Source of the DNA: Octopus vulgaris
Taxonomy: Eukaryota
Length of the DNA stretch: 64,000 nt
Direction: 5' to 3'
Assembly (NCBI GenBank): GCA_951406725.2
Contig: OX597815.1
Location: forward strand, 119,412,001-119,476,000
Part shown: piece after piece, positions 39,083 to 52,375 of the stretch
Position numbering within the stretch: position 1 is the first letter of the stretch
How the letters are laid out: each line of letters opens with the position of its first letter
The notes under the pieces: model-generated
What the model was told of the DNA's origin: nothing
The model's database searches: none
What the model saw: only the letters and a program-made list of their open reading frames with translations
Translations under genes and position numbers: made by a program

Positions 39083-39979
39083 CCTTTGTTCCTTATCTTA
39101 TTGACATCCGAGAATTCAATGATGAGTTTCTGGTTTCAGTAGATAAAAATCAGTCCGTCTAAGTGATATTTGAACAACATTTCAGCAAGAGAAGCTCCGG
39201 TTGTCAAATGTGGACAGTGCTGGATTAACCATTAAGCAAAATAAAAAATAAGGATGGGCATCAAAAGAAAAGGGGAACCACAAAAATAGTAAATAGTTTA
39301 CAGCACAAAAAAATCACTTTAAACTTTCTAAAATAATATTTGAAGTGGTGAAGTATAATTTTGAAGTGTTTACAGTGTCATAGTCTGGATCTGTCCAAAG
39401 ACTTTGCAATTACAAAAAAAAAAAAAATAAGAGAAAACTTTTCATATATAAATAAAGTGGAAGTATACAAAAATGAACATTATTTTCCATCTTACTGTGA
39501 ATTTTGTTTCATTTTGAAAACTAAAAATTTATATTATGATTTATTATTGTTTATACTTTGAGTTAGCTCTATGGGTTACCTCTATCTGGCCCCAAATGTG
39601 GAGTAATTGTGAAAGAGAACACAAACCTGTTGACAAATTTGGCAAATTATGTTTATAATATGGAAATTGTAGTTGTGATACCTGTGCTGGTGGCACGTAA
39701 AAAGCACCAGCCAATCGTGGTCGTTGCCAGCCTCACCTGGCACCTCTGCCAGTGGCACATAAAAAGTACCCACTACATTCATGGAGTGGTTGGCGTTAGG
39801 AAGGGCATTCAGCTGTAGAAACACTGCCAGATCAGACTGGAGCCTGGTGCAGCCTTCTGGCTTCCCAGACCCCGGTTGAACCGTCCAACCCATGCTAGCA
39901 TGGAAAACGGACGTTAAACGATGATGATGATGATGATGAATAGTTCAACACCCCAAAATATGCTTTCGACTCTTTTGAG

Positions 39980-40233
39980 CAGTGGTTCTCAACTGGAGTC
40001 CATAAGGCCCCTTGAGGTCCATATAAGATTCTGTTGTTAAAATTTATCTGCAATAAATTGGTTATACTTTTACAATACACGAAATATTTTAACATTTTCT
40101 TATACAGTTCTTAATAATATTTAACTTTAAAAATATAATAGAATTCTTTTAAACATCAAATGGCTATGAGGGTCTACCTGAGTAAAACTGGAATCAAAGG
40201 AATCCATAGGGATAAAATGATGGAGAACCACTG
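39980..40233. mobile_element. hAT-type MITE inserted in the Gypsy RT
   Basis: CAGTGGTTCTC / GAGAACCACTG TIRs; same family as 12859-13113. Confidence 0.85.
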
Positions 40234-40410
40234 CCTTAATGTTTTTAGAATAGGAGTCTCTTGCATTGCTGCATCTCTCTCCTTACCTATTCTAAGTTCA
40301 AGATATGTTGCTTCTGGAAGAAGGAACTGACATTTAGTCTTTTTTAAGTTCTGTCTCATGAAGCACAAACAAAACTCTTCAAAGATTCATAAAGTGACTG
40401 ATATCATTAA

Positions 40411-40455
<45 letters not shown>

Positions 40456-41806
40456 GTAATTTAACGTCCGTTTCCATGCTGGCGTGGGTTGGATGGTTTG
40501 ACTGGGAGCTAGCAAGCCAGGAAGCTGCACCAGGCTCCAATCTGATCTGGCGATGTTTCTATAATGTCCTTCCTAACACCAACCACTCTGAGAGTGTAGT
40601 GGGTGCATTTTGCATGCCACTGGCATGGGAGCCAGTCAGGCGGCACTGGCATCAGCTATGTTTGGATGGTGCTTTTTATGTGCTACCAGTACAGGAGGCA
40701 GTTGGGGCAGGAGTCTGGCATCAATCACATTCGGATGGTGCTTTTTACATGCCACCAGCATAGGGAGTCACACTTTACAGAGAGAGAGAGAGAGATGTCT
40801 TTCATCCACTAATATATTTCTTGTGTAACACTATATACCCTGAATTGCAAGTGAGTGGGTTCGTAGCAACCACAATGTGTATTAATTGTAAGTAGCTCTG
40901 GGATTTCATCATCCCACTCAAGTTGCTGATATGCATAACTTACTAAATTTTTTCCCTCTTTTTAAGGCTGCCAACAAATCCTCTGTCTGCATACATGTCA
41001 CACAAAGTGCTTATGACTCTTTTATAGTCCCCACATAATCTAACAATATCAGGATAGTCTTTGGGCACTGGAATAACAGGGAAAGCCTAACGAGGATATT
41101 TGACTTTTATAATGATACCTTAACTCTACAGTCTCCTGTTTTTGTTGATTTTCCTTTCTTTCTGCTCAGGTTAAACCTCTACTAGTTTTTCTCAACCTTT
41201 CTACAGTTCCTGATGTCTTGGTAACAACAGAAGTCATTGTTGTTGTTGTTGCTGCTGCTGCCACAGCTACTGCTGCTGCCACAGCTACTGCTGTTGATGT
41301 TGTTGGTGCTGTTGTTTGCTGTAAATAAATAGCTTTTCACAGAGCTTTACTTGGAAGATATTTTCATCTGGGATTTACCTTATGACAAAGTTGTTTTTGG
41401 AACCTTTGAATGTCAACTTCATTTACCCCAGGGTAGAAAAAGTTCATCATTCAATATTTTTATTGTATTCACATATTTTACAACTATCCATTTTGGGTTG
41501 TTTATTAGTGGTTCAATACGGCCACCTCTAGGATAGTGGGAAGGCATGCTGACATTAAAAAAAATTAATAAATGCACACATGCACCCCCCTCCCATTATG
41601 TAAATGATAAATATTTGAATGTAATAATAATTGTCTTTTGTGGATCAGTTATTTTCCTGCTACATAATAAATTGTTGTTGTAAAGCTTCATATACACCCT
41701 GGTTTAGCAAACCTATGATTTGAAACTTTCCGGCTATGACCATCACATCCTGTTTTCAGAAAGAGTGTATCTGTGACTACATTTTTCAATACATTCTCAT
41801 TTTCTT

Positions 41807-41950
41807 TTTCATCTGAGCATGTGGCTGGCTGTGAATACATGCCATTGAAAGGATCCCAAAACATTGAAATGTATCTGACATTCTCACTGACAACTGCTGG
41901 GATGTATTTCAATGACTGGTACTCGCAGCCAGCCACATGCTTGGATGAAA
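41807..41950. repeat. Inverted repeat, arms of about 52 bp
   Basis: TTTCATCTGAGCATGTGGCTGGCTGTGAATAC pairs with GTACTCGCAGCCAGCCACATGCTTGGATGAAA. Confidence 0.9.
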
Positions 41951-42739
41951 TTTCATTGTCTGTAACGTAGGAAAAAGTGATATTACTTTTTTTGTCCAAG
42001 CATTTTAAAGATGATACTGTGTTGTTTAGGGTAGATTTAACTGCTGACTTTGCCTGCTTGAGTGATAACATTAATAGATGAGATTAATACTATGATATGG
42101 TGGTAAGTTTGTGAGTTGGGTTTCATTTCCTGCGAGAATCATTTTACTTTGAATATTTTGTTAATGTTCTTATGAAAAGCATGGACATCATCATCATCAT
42201 TATTTAACGTCTGTTGTCCATGCTGGCATGGGTTGGACGGTTTGACTGGGCTGGCACACTGGAAGGCTGCGCCAAGATCCAATCTGATTTGACATGGTTT
42301 TCTACAGCTGGATGCCCTTCCTAATGCCAACCACTCCGAGAGTGTAACGGGTGCTTTTATGTGCCACTGGCGTGGATGCCATTTGCATGACACTGGTACC
42401 TGCCACAACTGCAATTTTCTTCAGCTTGATGGGTTTTCTTCTCAAGCATAACATAATACAAAAGGTCTTGGTCATTGCCTCCATGAAGCCCAACACTTGA
42501 AAGGAACTCAGCCACCTTGTCTCCATGAGGGCCATTCAAAAGGAACTTGCTTCCGTGAGGCCCAAAAATTGAACAAACCAATTAATCCAGTAGTGGACAC
42601 TAAAATTAGTAATAATCAAGGGTTTTCACTTATTTGTGTGTAATAGTTTGTTCTTTTTTATTGTTATGGGATCTGGCTGTAAGTTTCTATGGGATTATTG
42701 TAAATCCTCATATCCCTTTTATAATGATAAATGTTATAG

Positions 42740-43155
42740 GCACATGAGTGGCTATGTGGTAAGTAGCTTGCTTACCAATCACATGGTTCCGGGTTCAGTC
42801 CCACTGCGTGGCACCCTGGGCAATTGTCTTCTACTATAGCCTCGGGCCGACCAAAGCCTTGTTAGTGGATTTAGTAGATGGAAACTGAAAGAAGCCCATC
42901 GTATATATGTATATCTATATGTGTGTGTGTGTGTTTGTGTGTCTGTGTTTGTTCCCCCCAACATCACTTGACAACCAATGCTGGTGTGTTTCCGTCCCCT
43001 TAACTTAGCGGTTCGGCAAAAGAGACCTATAGAATAAGTACTAGGCCTACAAAGAATAAGTCCTGGGGTCGATTTGCTCGACTAAAGGTGGTGCTCCAGC
43101 ATGGCCACAGTCAAATGATTGAAACAAGCAAAAGAGTAAAAAAGTAAAAGAGTTT
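42740..43155 (+). mobile_element. SINE family 1, full length
   Basis: A/B-box-like head, internal (TA)(TG) microsatellite, AAAGAGT repeat tail. Confidence 0.9.
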
Positions 43156-43157
43156 GT

Positions 43158-43414
43158 TAACCCTTTTCATACCAACCTATGCAAAACTGCCCCTGGTTCT
43201 CTTTTATTCTTTTATTTGATTCAGTCATTTGACTGCAGTCATGCTGGAGCACCACCTTTAGGCGAACAAATCGACCCCAGGACTTATTCTTTTGTAAGCC
43301 TAGTACTTATTCTATCAGTTTATTTTACCGAACCACTAAGTTATGGGGACATAAGCACACCAACATCAGTTGTCAAGCAATAGTGGAGGGACAATCACAG
43401 ACACACAAACATAT

Positions 43415-43463
<49 letters not shown>

Positions 43464-44108
43464 TATATATATATGAAGAGCGTAGGCTCGAAACGTTAAA
43501 GACTTGTTTTATTTATATTTCCTGAGCACCATACTAATACAATTGTTTGTTTGTTTTCCACCTGCCTTCGTCTTTTGTCTATTTTCATAAAGCTTCCCGT
43601 TATATATATATGTATGTTTATACAATGAGCTTCTTTCAGTTTCCGTCTACCAAATCAACTCACAAGGCTTTGGTTGGCCTGAGGCTATAGTAGATGACAC
43701 TTGCCCAAGGTGCCATGCAGTGGGACTGAACCTGGAACCATGTGGTCGGTAAGTAAGCTATGCAAATTTCATATTCAAAATGATTCTAATTTAAAACTTT
43801 CCATCAAAGTTCCATTTTAATTTATGTCCTCAAAAATGATGCAGATATTTTACTAAATTCTTCATTATTTTCAAAATTAATTGAAGCAAAGTTAGTGTTC
43901 ATCAAAAGAAATTATCATCATTATCATCATCATCTAATGTCCACTTTTCTATGCTTGCATAGGTAAGACAGAACTTGTTGAGGCAGGTTTTCTACAGCTG
44001 GATGCTTTTCTTGTCAACAACCCTCACCTCAAGCGAGGTAAAGTTTCCCCTTGGCCAGACATGATTTGCATGGAGGACTGGAAATGCACAACCTCACTTG
44101 TATGACAT

Positions 44109-44139
<31 letters not shown>

Positions 44140-44340
44140 AGGCTTTTTTCAGTTTCCATCCACCAAATCCACTAATAAGGCTTTGACCAGCACAGAGCTT
44201 CTGTAGAAACACTTGCCCAAGGTACTGAATAGTGAAAGTGAACCTGAGACCACATGGTTGGGAAGCATGCTTTTTAACCACACACTCATACCTGCACCTA
44301 TTGTGGTAACAAAATATGAACTATGGTAACAAAAGGGTTA
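43158..44340. mobile_element. piggyBac-type MITE (second family) hosting nested SINEs and an H1 element
   Basis: TAACCCTTTT..ATACCA / TGGTAACAAAAGGGTTA termini; interior 43765-43910 is homologous to 52592-52814. Confidence 0.6.
43200..43765 (-). mobile_element. SINE family 1 with an H1 element (43473-43602) in its internal microsatellite
   Basis: Reverse complement of 42740-43155. Confidence 0.85.
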
Positions 44341-44614
44341 CAGATAAAACATTAAAAAATTCAAGAACTGAGAGAGCTTTTCAATTTGTGTTTAATCAAC
44401 TGTCTCTTCTAATCTTACTCAAAATCAATCCCACACTATTAATATTCAAGACATTCCACTCCTTTGCTCTGTGCTGATTTCGAACTGCAAGAAATACGTC
44501 CTCTTGTTCACTTTTATGCTGTTCACATTCTTGGTTGCCATGTGACACTTGTCAGAAGTTATAAAACTTGTTTTGTTTTAAAAGTGATATTTTAAAAATT
44601 TGGTGAAACCTTAC

Positions 44615-44686
44615 CATGACAAAAGAAGAAGGTCCAAGTGATACAAACTTAACTAGTGATCCAGTAATAAAGAGATGATGCTCTGA
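44615..44686 (-). CDS. Candidate 72-nt host exon (SEHHLFITGSLVKFVSLGPSSFVM)
   Basis: tttaatctctcctatatag| ... ATG|gtaagg; open in phase 0; product not recognised. Confidence 0.3.
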
Positions 44687-45814
44687 CTATATAGGAGAGA
44701 TTAAATCAAAGATATCAGAGAAGACATTATAGAATGAATAAGGGACAGACACTTAGAGAAAGTGAGACTGATAAGAAAAGAGGTAAGACATAAATTGCTT
44801 TCATCAAATTCTTTGAAGTAGAATAATTACCGCAGTCACCCAAACTATTCCATTCAAAACAAATCACATGGTCTCTCTTATAATTTATCGATTTTTTTCC
44901 CCAGCTAATTTTATACTTTCTGATATAGAGTGAAAACATTGTTGTGTCTTATGATCAATGTTATAGCATACTGAATCTATATACATATAAAGACTTATAT
45001 ATGTGAGTGTGTATGTGTGTTTATTTAGGTGAAGGTTGTAACTATAAACCAACTTTATATAGTATCAGACTACAAACAGAAGGTTCAACAGTTCATATCC
45101 CATCACTGACGTTATGCTAATTTTAATAGCTACCCCACCCCATCTAACAAAAATGAATGGAGCTTGTCTGGTTAGATTTGACATGAGTATATTCAAAAGG
45201 ACAAAGTCTTCAAATGAACGCACCTTTAGTCTAACATATATAGGAGGACTTTTTCAAGACATATATGAAATGCATGTGTGGATATATAATTTGTTTTGTA
45301 TATTTTTTTGTTAAATTTGGTTCATTTGACATGGACTACTTTCAAATTTAGTACTCAATACATGATATAAAGTTTTAGATTTTTTTTATCTAAGACTTAT
45401 CACAATAATTATTCCAACCTAGTATAATGAAATCTCTGTGTGTGTATTTATATATATGATGGACTCTTCTATGGAAGATGACATGTGAGCATTCAGCTTT
45501 TGCCAAACGACCTGCACAAATGATTTGTTTATAATGATCAAGTGTATGTGCTGTACATTAGCTCACTCCCTCCATCAAATCGTCATTACCTGTACAGCTG
45601 CATGGTGTACCACACGTCAGGTGTGAAGTGATTGCATAGCAATGTGAGATGAAGTGTTTTGTTCAAGAACATAACCATGTAGTCTTGGATTCAGTCCCAC
45701 TGTGTGGCATCTTGAGCAAGTGCCTTCTACTACAGACTCGGGCCAGCCAAAGCCATGTGAATGAATTTGGCTGACAGAAACTGAAAGAAGCCCATTATGT
45801 GTGTGTGTGTGTGT

Positions 45815-45905
45815 GTATTCTTCTGAAACATGGACATGTTATGAAAGACATTTCAAATTGTTAGAACAATTCCACCAAAAATGCCTTCATCACATTTTAA
45901 ACATT
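45815..45905 (+). pseudogene. Short RTE/BovB-like RT C-terminal fragment
   Basis: YSSETWTCYERHFKLLEQFHQKCLHHILNI. Confidence 0.7.
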
Positions 45906-46249
45906 ACCTCAATTAAAGCTATTGGAAAACGTATGTTAAATAATGATGATGATGATGATGATGATGATATATATAAATACACACACACATATATATTTAT
46001 ATATATTTATTTCTTTATTGCCCACAGGAGGCTGATAACATCGACCCTAGTACGTGACTGGTACTTATTTAATCGACCCCGAAAGGATGAAAGGCAGAGT
46101 CAACCTTGGCGGAATTTGAACTCAGAACGTAATGGCAGACAAAATACTGCTAAGCACTTCACCCAGTGTGCTAACAATTCTGCCAGCTCGCCGTCCTTAT
46201 ATTTATATATATTAAACACATTGCTTTGCCCTAACTACTCCATATATCG

Positions 46250-46860
46250 TCATCATCATCATCACCATTTAATATCTGCTTTTCATGTTGGCAGGGAGTC
46301 GATGGTTTGACTGGAACTGGTAAACCAGAGGGCTGCACCAAGTTCCAGTCTGATTTGGCATGGTTGCTATAGCTGGATGCCCTTCCCAATGCCAACCACT
46401 CCAAGAGTGTAATGGGTACTTTTATGTACCAATGGCATGGGTGCTTCTGTGTGCCACTGGCTCGGGTGCCAGTTATGTGACACTGGCATCGGCCACAACT
46501 ACAATTTCACTTGGCTTGATGAGTTTTCTCAAAGACAGCAAATCGCGAGAGATCTCAGTCGCTTGTCATTGCCCCTGTAAGGCCCAATGTTCAAAGATCA
46601 TGCTTCACCACCTCATCCCATATCTTCCTGGGTCTGTTTCTTCCACAGGCTCCCTTTACAGTCAGAGATTGGCACTTCTTTACACAGCTGTCCTCATCCC
46701 TACACATCACATGGACATACCAGTGCACTTGTCTCCCTTGCACACCACATCTGATGTCTCTTATGTGCAATTTTTTCTCAAGATGCTCACACTCTGTCGG
46801 ACATGCACACTGATACTGCACATCCAGTGAAGCCTACTAGTTTCATTTCTTTCATGCCTA
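46250..46860 (-). mobile_element. RTE LINE 3' end (ORF end and tail)
   Basis: HWYVHVMCRDEDSCVKKC..GRNRPRKIWDEVVKHDL, then the shared 3' UTR. Confidence 0.85.
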
Positions 46861-46894
46861 TGCATATATATGTGTGTGTGTGTGTATTAACTGA

Positions 46895-47101
46895 AAACGA
46901 GGCAATTTCTACTCTTCTCCTCTAGAAGCCATCTACTCGCAATACCAGAGGGCACACACTCTCCTACCCTGATGTAATCTCCAGGGATACAGGCATCCAG
47001 CAACAGGACCTCCGTAATGCCATGATGGACCATGAAGTCTGGTGTAGCATGGTAAATTCCATTGTCTCAACCACGGTTGAACAATGATGATGATGATGAT
47101 G
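46895..47101 (+). mobile_element. 3' end of a second RTE-like LINE family with (GAT)n tail
   Basis: RGHTLSYPDVISRDTG..LRNAMMDHEVW, compared with RGRP..TYxD..DTG..AMxDR..W. Confidence 0.7.
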
Positions 47102-47658
47102 TGTATTAACTAAATAGCTAAAAATCAGAAGAACACTTTAACACAAACAATATTAAATGCTATATAAGGCAGCGAGCTGGCAGAAACATTAGCACACTGG
47201 GTGAAATGCTTAGCAGTATTCCATCTATCATTATGTTCTGAGTTCAAATTCCACTGAGGTCGACTTTGCCTTTCATCCTTTTGGGGTTGATAAATTAAGT
47301 ACCAGTTGCATACTAGGGTTAAATCTAATCAACTGGCCTCCAACTCGCCCAAAATTTCTGGCCTTGGGCCCTGAGTAAAAGAGATTATTAAATGCTATAT
47401 ATTTGTAAACAATAATTTGTGATTACAAAAAACATTTTAAAATAAGGCAAAGAACTTACAGATGTGAATCAAACTCGGCAAAAGTCATTTTAGCTTGATT
47501 CAGTCAGTGTTTAGTGAATTTTTTTATCTCTCAAGATAAATATTTTTTTTACAAATCTATTACATTCAATGCACATTTGCACTCATGCGCCCATACACAC
47601 ATGTACATGCATACTTATGTATATTATTTGTGGTTGTATGTGTGTGTGTTTGTGTGTA

Positions 47659-47700
<42 letters not shown>

Positions 47701-47934
47701 AGTGTGTGTATGTGTATGTATGCATATATGTATGTATATTTACATGCATGTATATATGTATGTACATTTACATGCATATATGCATGTGTGTGTGTGTGTG
47801 TGTGTATACATGTACATATAGTATTAAAATATAAGTGTATATATAGATATTATCATCATCAACATCATCATCATCATTTAATGTGTTGATGATATATATA
47901 TATATACACTAACATTTTAATACTACACGTACAG

Positions 47935-47989
<55 letters not shown>

Positions 47990-48037
47990 TCATATATATA
48001 TATATATATATATACACATACATGTGTGTAAACATGT

Positions 48038-48700
48038 ACACTCATCCCGTTGTAAAATATGGAACACCTGCAAAATTCTTGATTTCTTTTGAAAATCTGT
48101 TCTATTTTTTCATTATTTAAGAAAAAATTTTGAAATCAGATTATCTATTATATTCCAATTATAAAAAAATAATAATAAAAAATACAAATAAAAATAGAAT
48201 TTATGTTTATTCATAACCCAAACTTAATAATCAATGCCTCTAGCATGATTATCTTGAAGTTTCCAACTCTGTTAATCATACTGACAACAAATGTTTTCAA
48301 TAATGTGGGCTCTAATTTTAAAAGTTCTTCAGTGTTGCTTTCACTGAAAGATGTGCCAATGATTTATAACATGGTTAAGGTTTTTCAGACTGTCTAGGTG
48401 AAGACAAAGTATCAGTTTCATGACCTTGGTTAAAGTTTTGATTAATTTGGGCCAAATGAGTGGGAACATTATCATATTGGCGATTTTCCAGTTTGAGATG
48501 AGTAAACTGTTGGACAAAGAGAAAAATGTAGTTTTGTAAAATTTCTTCCTTTGTTATATGATACAGTGACTGTTTTGCTGTAAAGTATAATGGCCTAACA
48601 CCTTGATTAATGATATATCCCTTAAACATTGTAACCACTTACAAAATCCTCTTGCTGATTGTAAATAATCTCTTCTCCCTAATGTTATTATTCACAAAGT
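48038..48700 (-). pseudogene. Tc1-like transposase remnant with one terminal repeat
   Basis: QYDNVPTH (QQDNAPxH) and LLKTFVVSMINR (LVxSMxxR); TA-CACT terminus near 48038. Confidence 0.65.
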
Positions 48701-49673
48701 ATAAATAAATATTGTTGTATCTTGGGAGGGTCATTATGCCAATAATCTTAACACATGTACTGGTTCAGTATCACTTCTTTATTGTTGGTTAAATATCTAA
48801 CCAACTAACTAATCAATCGTTTGTTTAATGCGCTGGCTAAACAACCAATCAGTTGTTTGTTAGTCAAAGTTCTTTCATCACTGTTCACAACTTTCTCAGT
48901 AATTTCTTTTTCTCTCTCTCCAAGATTTGCACCGTGTCTCCTCGAGAATTGGTCTTATGCCTAAGTCAGAAGTGAAATAAATAATTATGCAAATGTTAAG
49001 AAATGATTATCATTTTATCAGAAAAACTATAAAGGATACAGTGGTATGAGTTGACTTTTCCTGACTGTCTTGGGATATAACAGACCTTGCTAGATGTATC
49101 TATCTTCAAGCCTCTTCTTGCTTTTTATCATTCCTGTTAAAACCAATCACATACTTTCCTTTATTACCTTCATACATTCTTCAGTATAATCCCTCCATCT
49201 CTTTTTCTGTCTGCCTCTTTTTCTTTTTTTCTCAATTCCACCAATGGGATCCACTTTTTTTTCCTATGATTTTCTAAATGAGTAATGTTAACATAAAGAA
49301 ACAGAATACAACTCAGTCGAGAGAATACCCAAGAATAAAGAATAGTGTCCGTTACTTTTGCAGGCCCTTATTGGTTGATATCCTGAAATGAACTCCTACA
49401 GGTTGATTCTTATATTGAGAAAACAGAGCTAAAAAACAAATTTCAGTAGATTGCAGCTCTGAGGTGGAAGGATTAAACGGTGCTTTGTGCATGGCTAAGG
49501 TTAGTTCAACACAGTAGGAAAACAGAGAATAGAGCATTGGATAAGCTAGGGCAAAGATGGTGCACAACTAAGTTCAGAGAAGTAGAAGCAATTTTAAAAT
49601 TAACAGTAAAAGAAGAAGAAAGAGAAAATCTGTTTGTGAGAAGTTAGGGATGTAGTCTAGAATTATGTAACTA

Positions 49674-50137
49674 CAGTAATCCCTCGACTATCACAGGTGT
49701 TACATTCCAAAACCTCACAGCGATAGGTGAAAATCTGCAAAGTAGAAACAGTACTGTACTGTATATATATCTTATGATTTTTATAATTTGTATATATTTT
49801 ATTATAAATGCAAAACAACACCAAACTCACCTCCCAGGTTTCGTTTTCCATACAGCATGTACGATTCTTTGTGGTACACTACGTATTTTCTTTTAATATA
49901 TTTTAATTAATGTGTTATACAGTGCAGTACTGTACTCTATTTTTATTTATTAATTTTTAAAAATGCTTATTTTACCAAAGAAATAATTAAAATCTAAAAC
50001 AATATAAATACCTTTCAGCCGCAGAAACCTGCAATATACTGAGGAGTCCGCAATATAAATTTACATATATTAGTCAGAAAAATCCACAATGTACTGAGTG
50101 CATGATAGGTGAACCACAATATGGTGAGACCTTACTG
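49674..50137. mobile_element. pogo/Tigger-type MITE
   Basis: TA|CAGTAATCCCTC ... GAGACCTTACTG|TA with subterminal GATAGGTGAA repeats. Confidence 0.7.
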
Positions 50138-50827
50138 TACTGAAGAAGATCTTACATGACAGAGATAATTAATGAAATGTTTGAGAGTAATCCATAAATA
50201 TATTATGCCAGATGTGACATCCCTTAATCTGCTGCTTCTTTCTGCAATGCTTATTATTTGATGCAGTTATTCAGAGAGGATATTTCACATGAAAGCTGCA
50301 ATCCATATCCACTCCAGGTTTGCTATAACTGGAGGTTCCAATTTAGATGACACTAAAAGAGGACAAGGCAGATGTAGCTAGTACTGTAATTCATCATGGT
50401 TCTAGCTATTTACATGTACATATTATGTTATCCTGGCCTACACTTCAGAATCATTATTATTTCTTTCATTATATATATTTTTACTCCCTTGTGTCTCTTG
50501 ACAGGCTGATCAGTTATGGCAGGTGTATATGTTATATCTTGACACTCAGAGCCTGTAGATGTTTTAAATGTGTGTGTGTGTATGTGTGTATGTGTGTGTG
50601 TATATGTATGTGTGTGTGTGTGTGGTGTGTGTATGTGCATGTATGTGTTTGTTTAGGTATTGAGTGAAATGTTTTTGTAGTATTGAAGTGTTTGTTGGGT
50701 TTAGGGTTGTCTCTACTCTTCATTTTATTTATCTTCTTTAATTATATATCTCTATTTATCTATCTGTCTATCCTTCTGTTCAGCTGTCTATTTACCTGTC
50801 TTTGTCCTTATACATACATACATACAT

Positions 50828-50928
<101 letters not shown>

Positions 50929-51065
50929 CATTGAATACACTTGGTAGTATATCATGGTTGTATTACAAAATACAGTGTCCCTACAAGCAATTAATATGTA
51001 TACGTATATCTACACACACAATATTATATATATATTTATGTAGACATGTATATATGTATGTGTGT

Positions 51066-51100
<35 letters not shown>

Positions 51101-51722
51101 TTTCCCTTGTCTCATGAAATAAGTTTCTTTGATGTGTCTATAATTATTTCATTTAATGTTCGTATCATGGCGTCAAAATATTGAAGTCTGTAAATTTGGT
51201 ATTTTCCATTTAACCATTTTGTTAAGAAAGAAGCAGATTCAATTGGATATTCCTATAGTTGATTTCTGTTGTTGTTATGTGAGTGTATATATAAAAGGAG
51301 GTAATGAATAAGTAGCCGGAGCAATACCAAGGGAAAATAGTTTCCCCCATGTGGTTTCGTCAGATAGGTTTATGGAACAAAAACAAAACCAGCAGAGAAT
51401 TTATAGTAATCCGTTTGATGTTAATATATGTATAATTTAACATATAGAAGGTGAGTTTGTATAGGAGAAGAATTTAGATAAAAAATTCACTGTTGCATAG
51501 TAATGTTTTGTTTTGTGTTTGAAAGATATTTAGGATGAAGTTCTAAAATTTATATCATAATGGTGATGAAATTGCGGGTTAAATATATAACATTATATTA
51601 TGTGGAGGTTGACGAATCAAATATGTTTTGATTTACCAAAAAAAAAAAAAGAGAAAATTCTATTAGATTTTTGTTTTGTGTATTTCTAGCTCTTTAGCAG
51701 AATATTCTTTCTCTTTACATCT

Positions 51723-51756
<34 letters not shown>

Positions 51757-51965
51757 ATGTGTATGTGTTGTGGTTTACACACACAGACATATTTGAACCT
51801 GTAAGAAGGTAATTCACTGCATTTTGTCGTGGAAAAAATTCTCACTGTAGACTAAAAGGTAAACACTAATTCAGTTCAGAACACCCTCTACCCAGATGTA
51901 TGTATTTTCGAGTAGTTATCTCCTCTTCAGTATTGAACACAGGTAAAAGAGGTAACAACATATAT

Positions 51966-52160
51966 ATGGAGAATTCACAAAAAAAACAAAAAGACGAAGA
52001 CAGGTGGTGTAGACAACAAATAGATGTATTAGTATAATGCTCGTGAAGTGAAAAAGTCTTTAACGTTTTGAGCCTCCTACGCTCTTCCACAAAAAGGAAC
52101 ACAGAAAGAAACAAGGAGAGAAAATAAAGAATGTGTAGTGGTTAGTGATCTATCATGGTG
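51966..52160 (-). mobile_element. Family H1 short element (hammerhead-like)
   Basis: About 190 bp; direct repeat of 55257-55435; 3' end abuts TATATA. Confidence 0.8.
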
Positions 52161-52214
52161 AAGAACATATACACACACACAGGCACACTCACACACACAC
52201 ACACACACACACAT

Positions 52215-52247
<33 letters not shown>

Positions 52248-52336
52248 ATTGTGTCTGGGGAAAGTCATTCTCTTTAGTGCCTTATTACTTAACACACTCA
52301 CCGGTTCGATTTCCACTCGTTTACTTATCTATTTTT

Positions 52337-52375
52337 CCTAAAATTTTCATTGCATCTTGCAACCTCTTCAATAGC
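52337..52375 (-). ncRNA. Minimal hammerhead-like motif (C3U) in a short (TA)n-adjacent element (about 52245-52385)
   Basis: Minus strand: CTA-TTGAAGA-G-GTTGCA aga TGCAAT-GAAA-ATTT-TAG. Confidence 0.45.

Larger units (their letters stand above)
38150..41140 (-). pseudogene. Fossil Ty3/Gypsy pol (RT ... integrase tail) split by nested insertions
   Basis: In order on the minus strand: PVIPVPK..VRLCGDYK (about 41021-41085), EDLLAAL..KKFSK, AYQQL..LLTINTH (about 40870), LKKTKCQFLLPEATYL (about 40330), KAYFGVLNY (about 39950), YKHNLPNLST (about 39640), PHLTTGASLAEMLF (about 39190), and a Pro/Glu-rich tail. Confidence 0.85.

Noticed and set aside
41688-42071. 127-aa ORF as a host gene
   Set aside because: No recognisable domain; overlaps a palindrome that yields similar peptides on both strands
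51325-51372. Minus-strand CTGACGA...GAAAC hammerhead core
   Set aside because: Core words are present, but I could not find pairing for stems I and III, and stem II is weak
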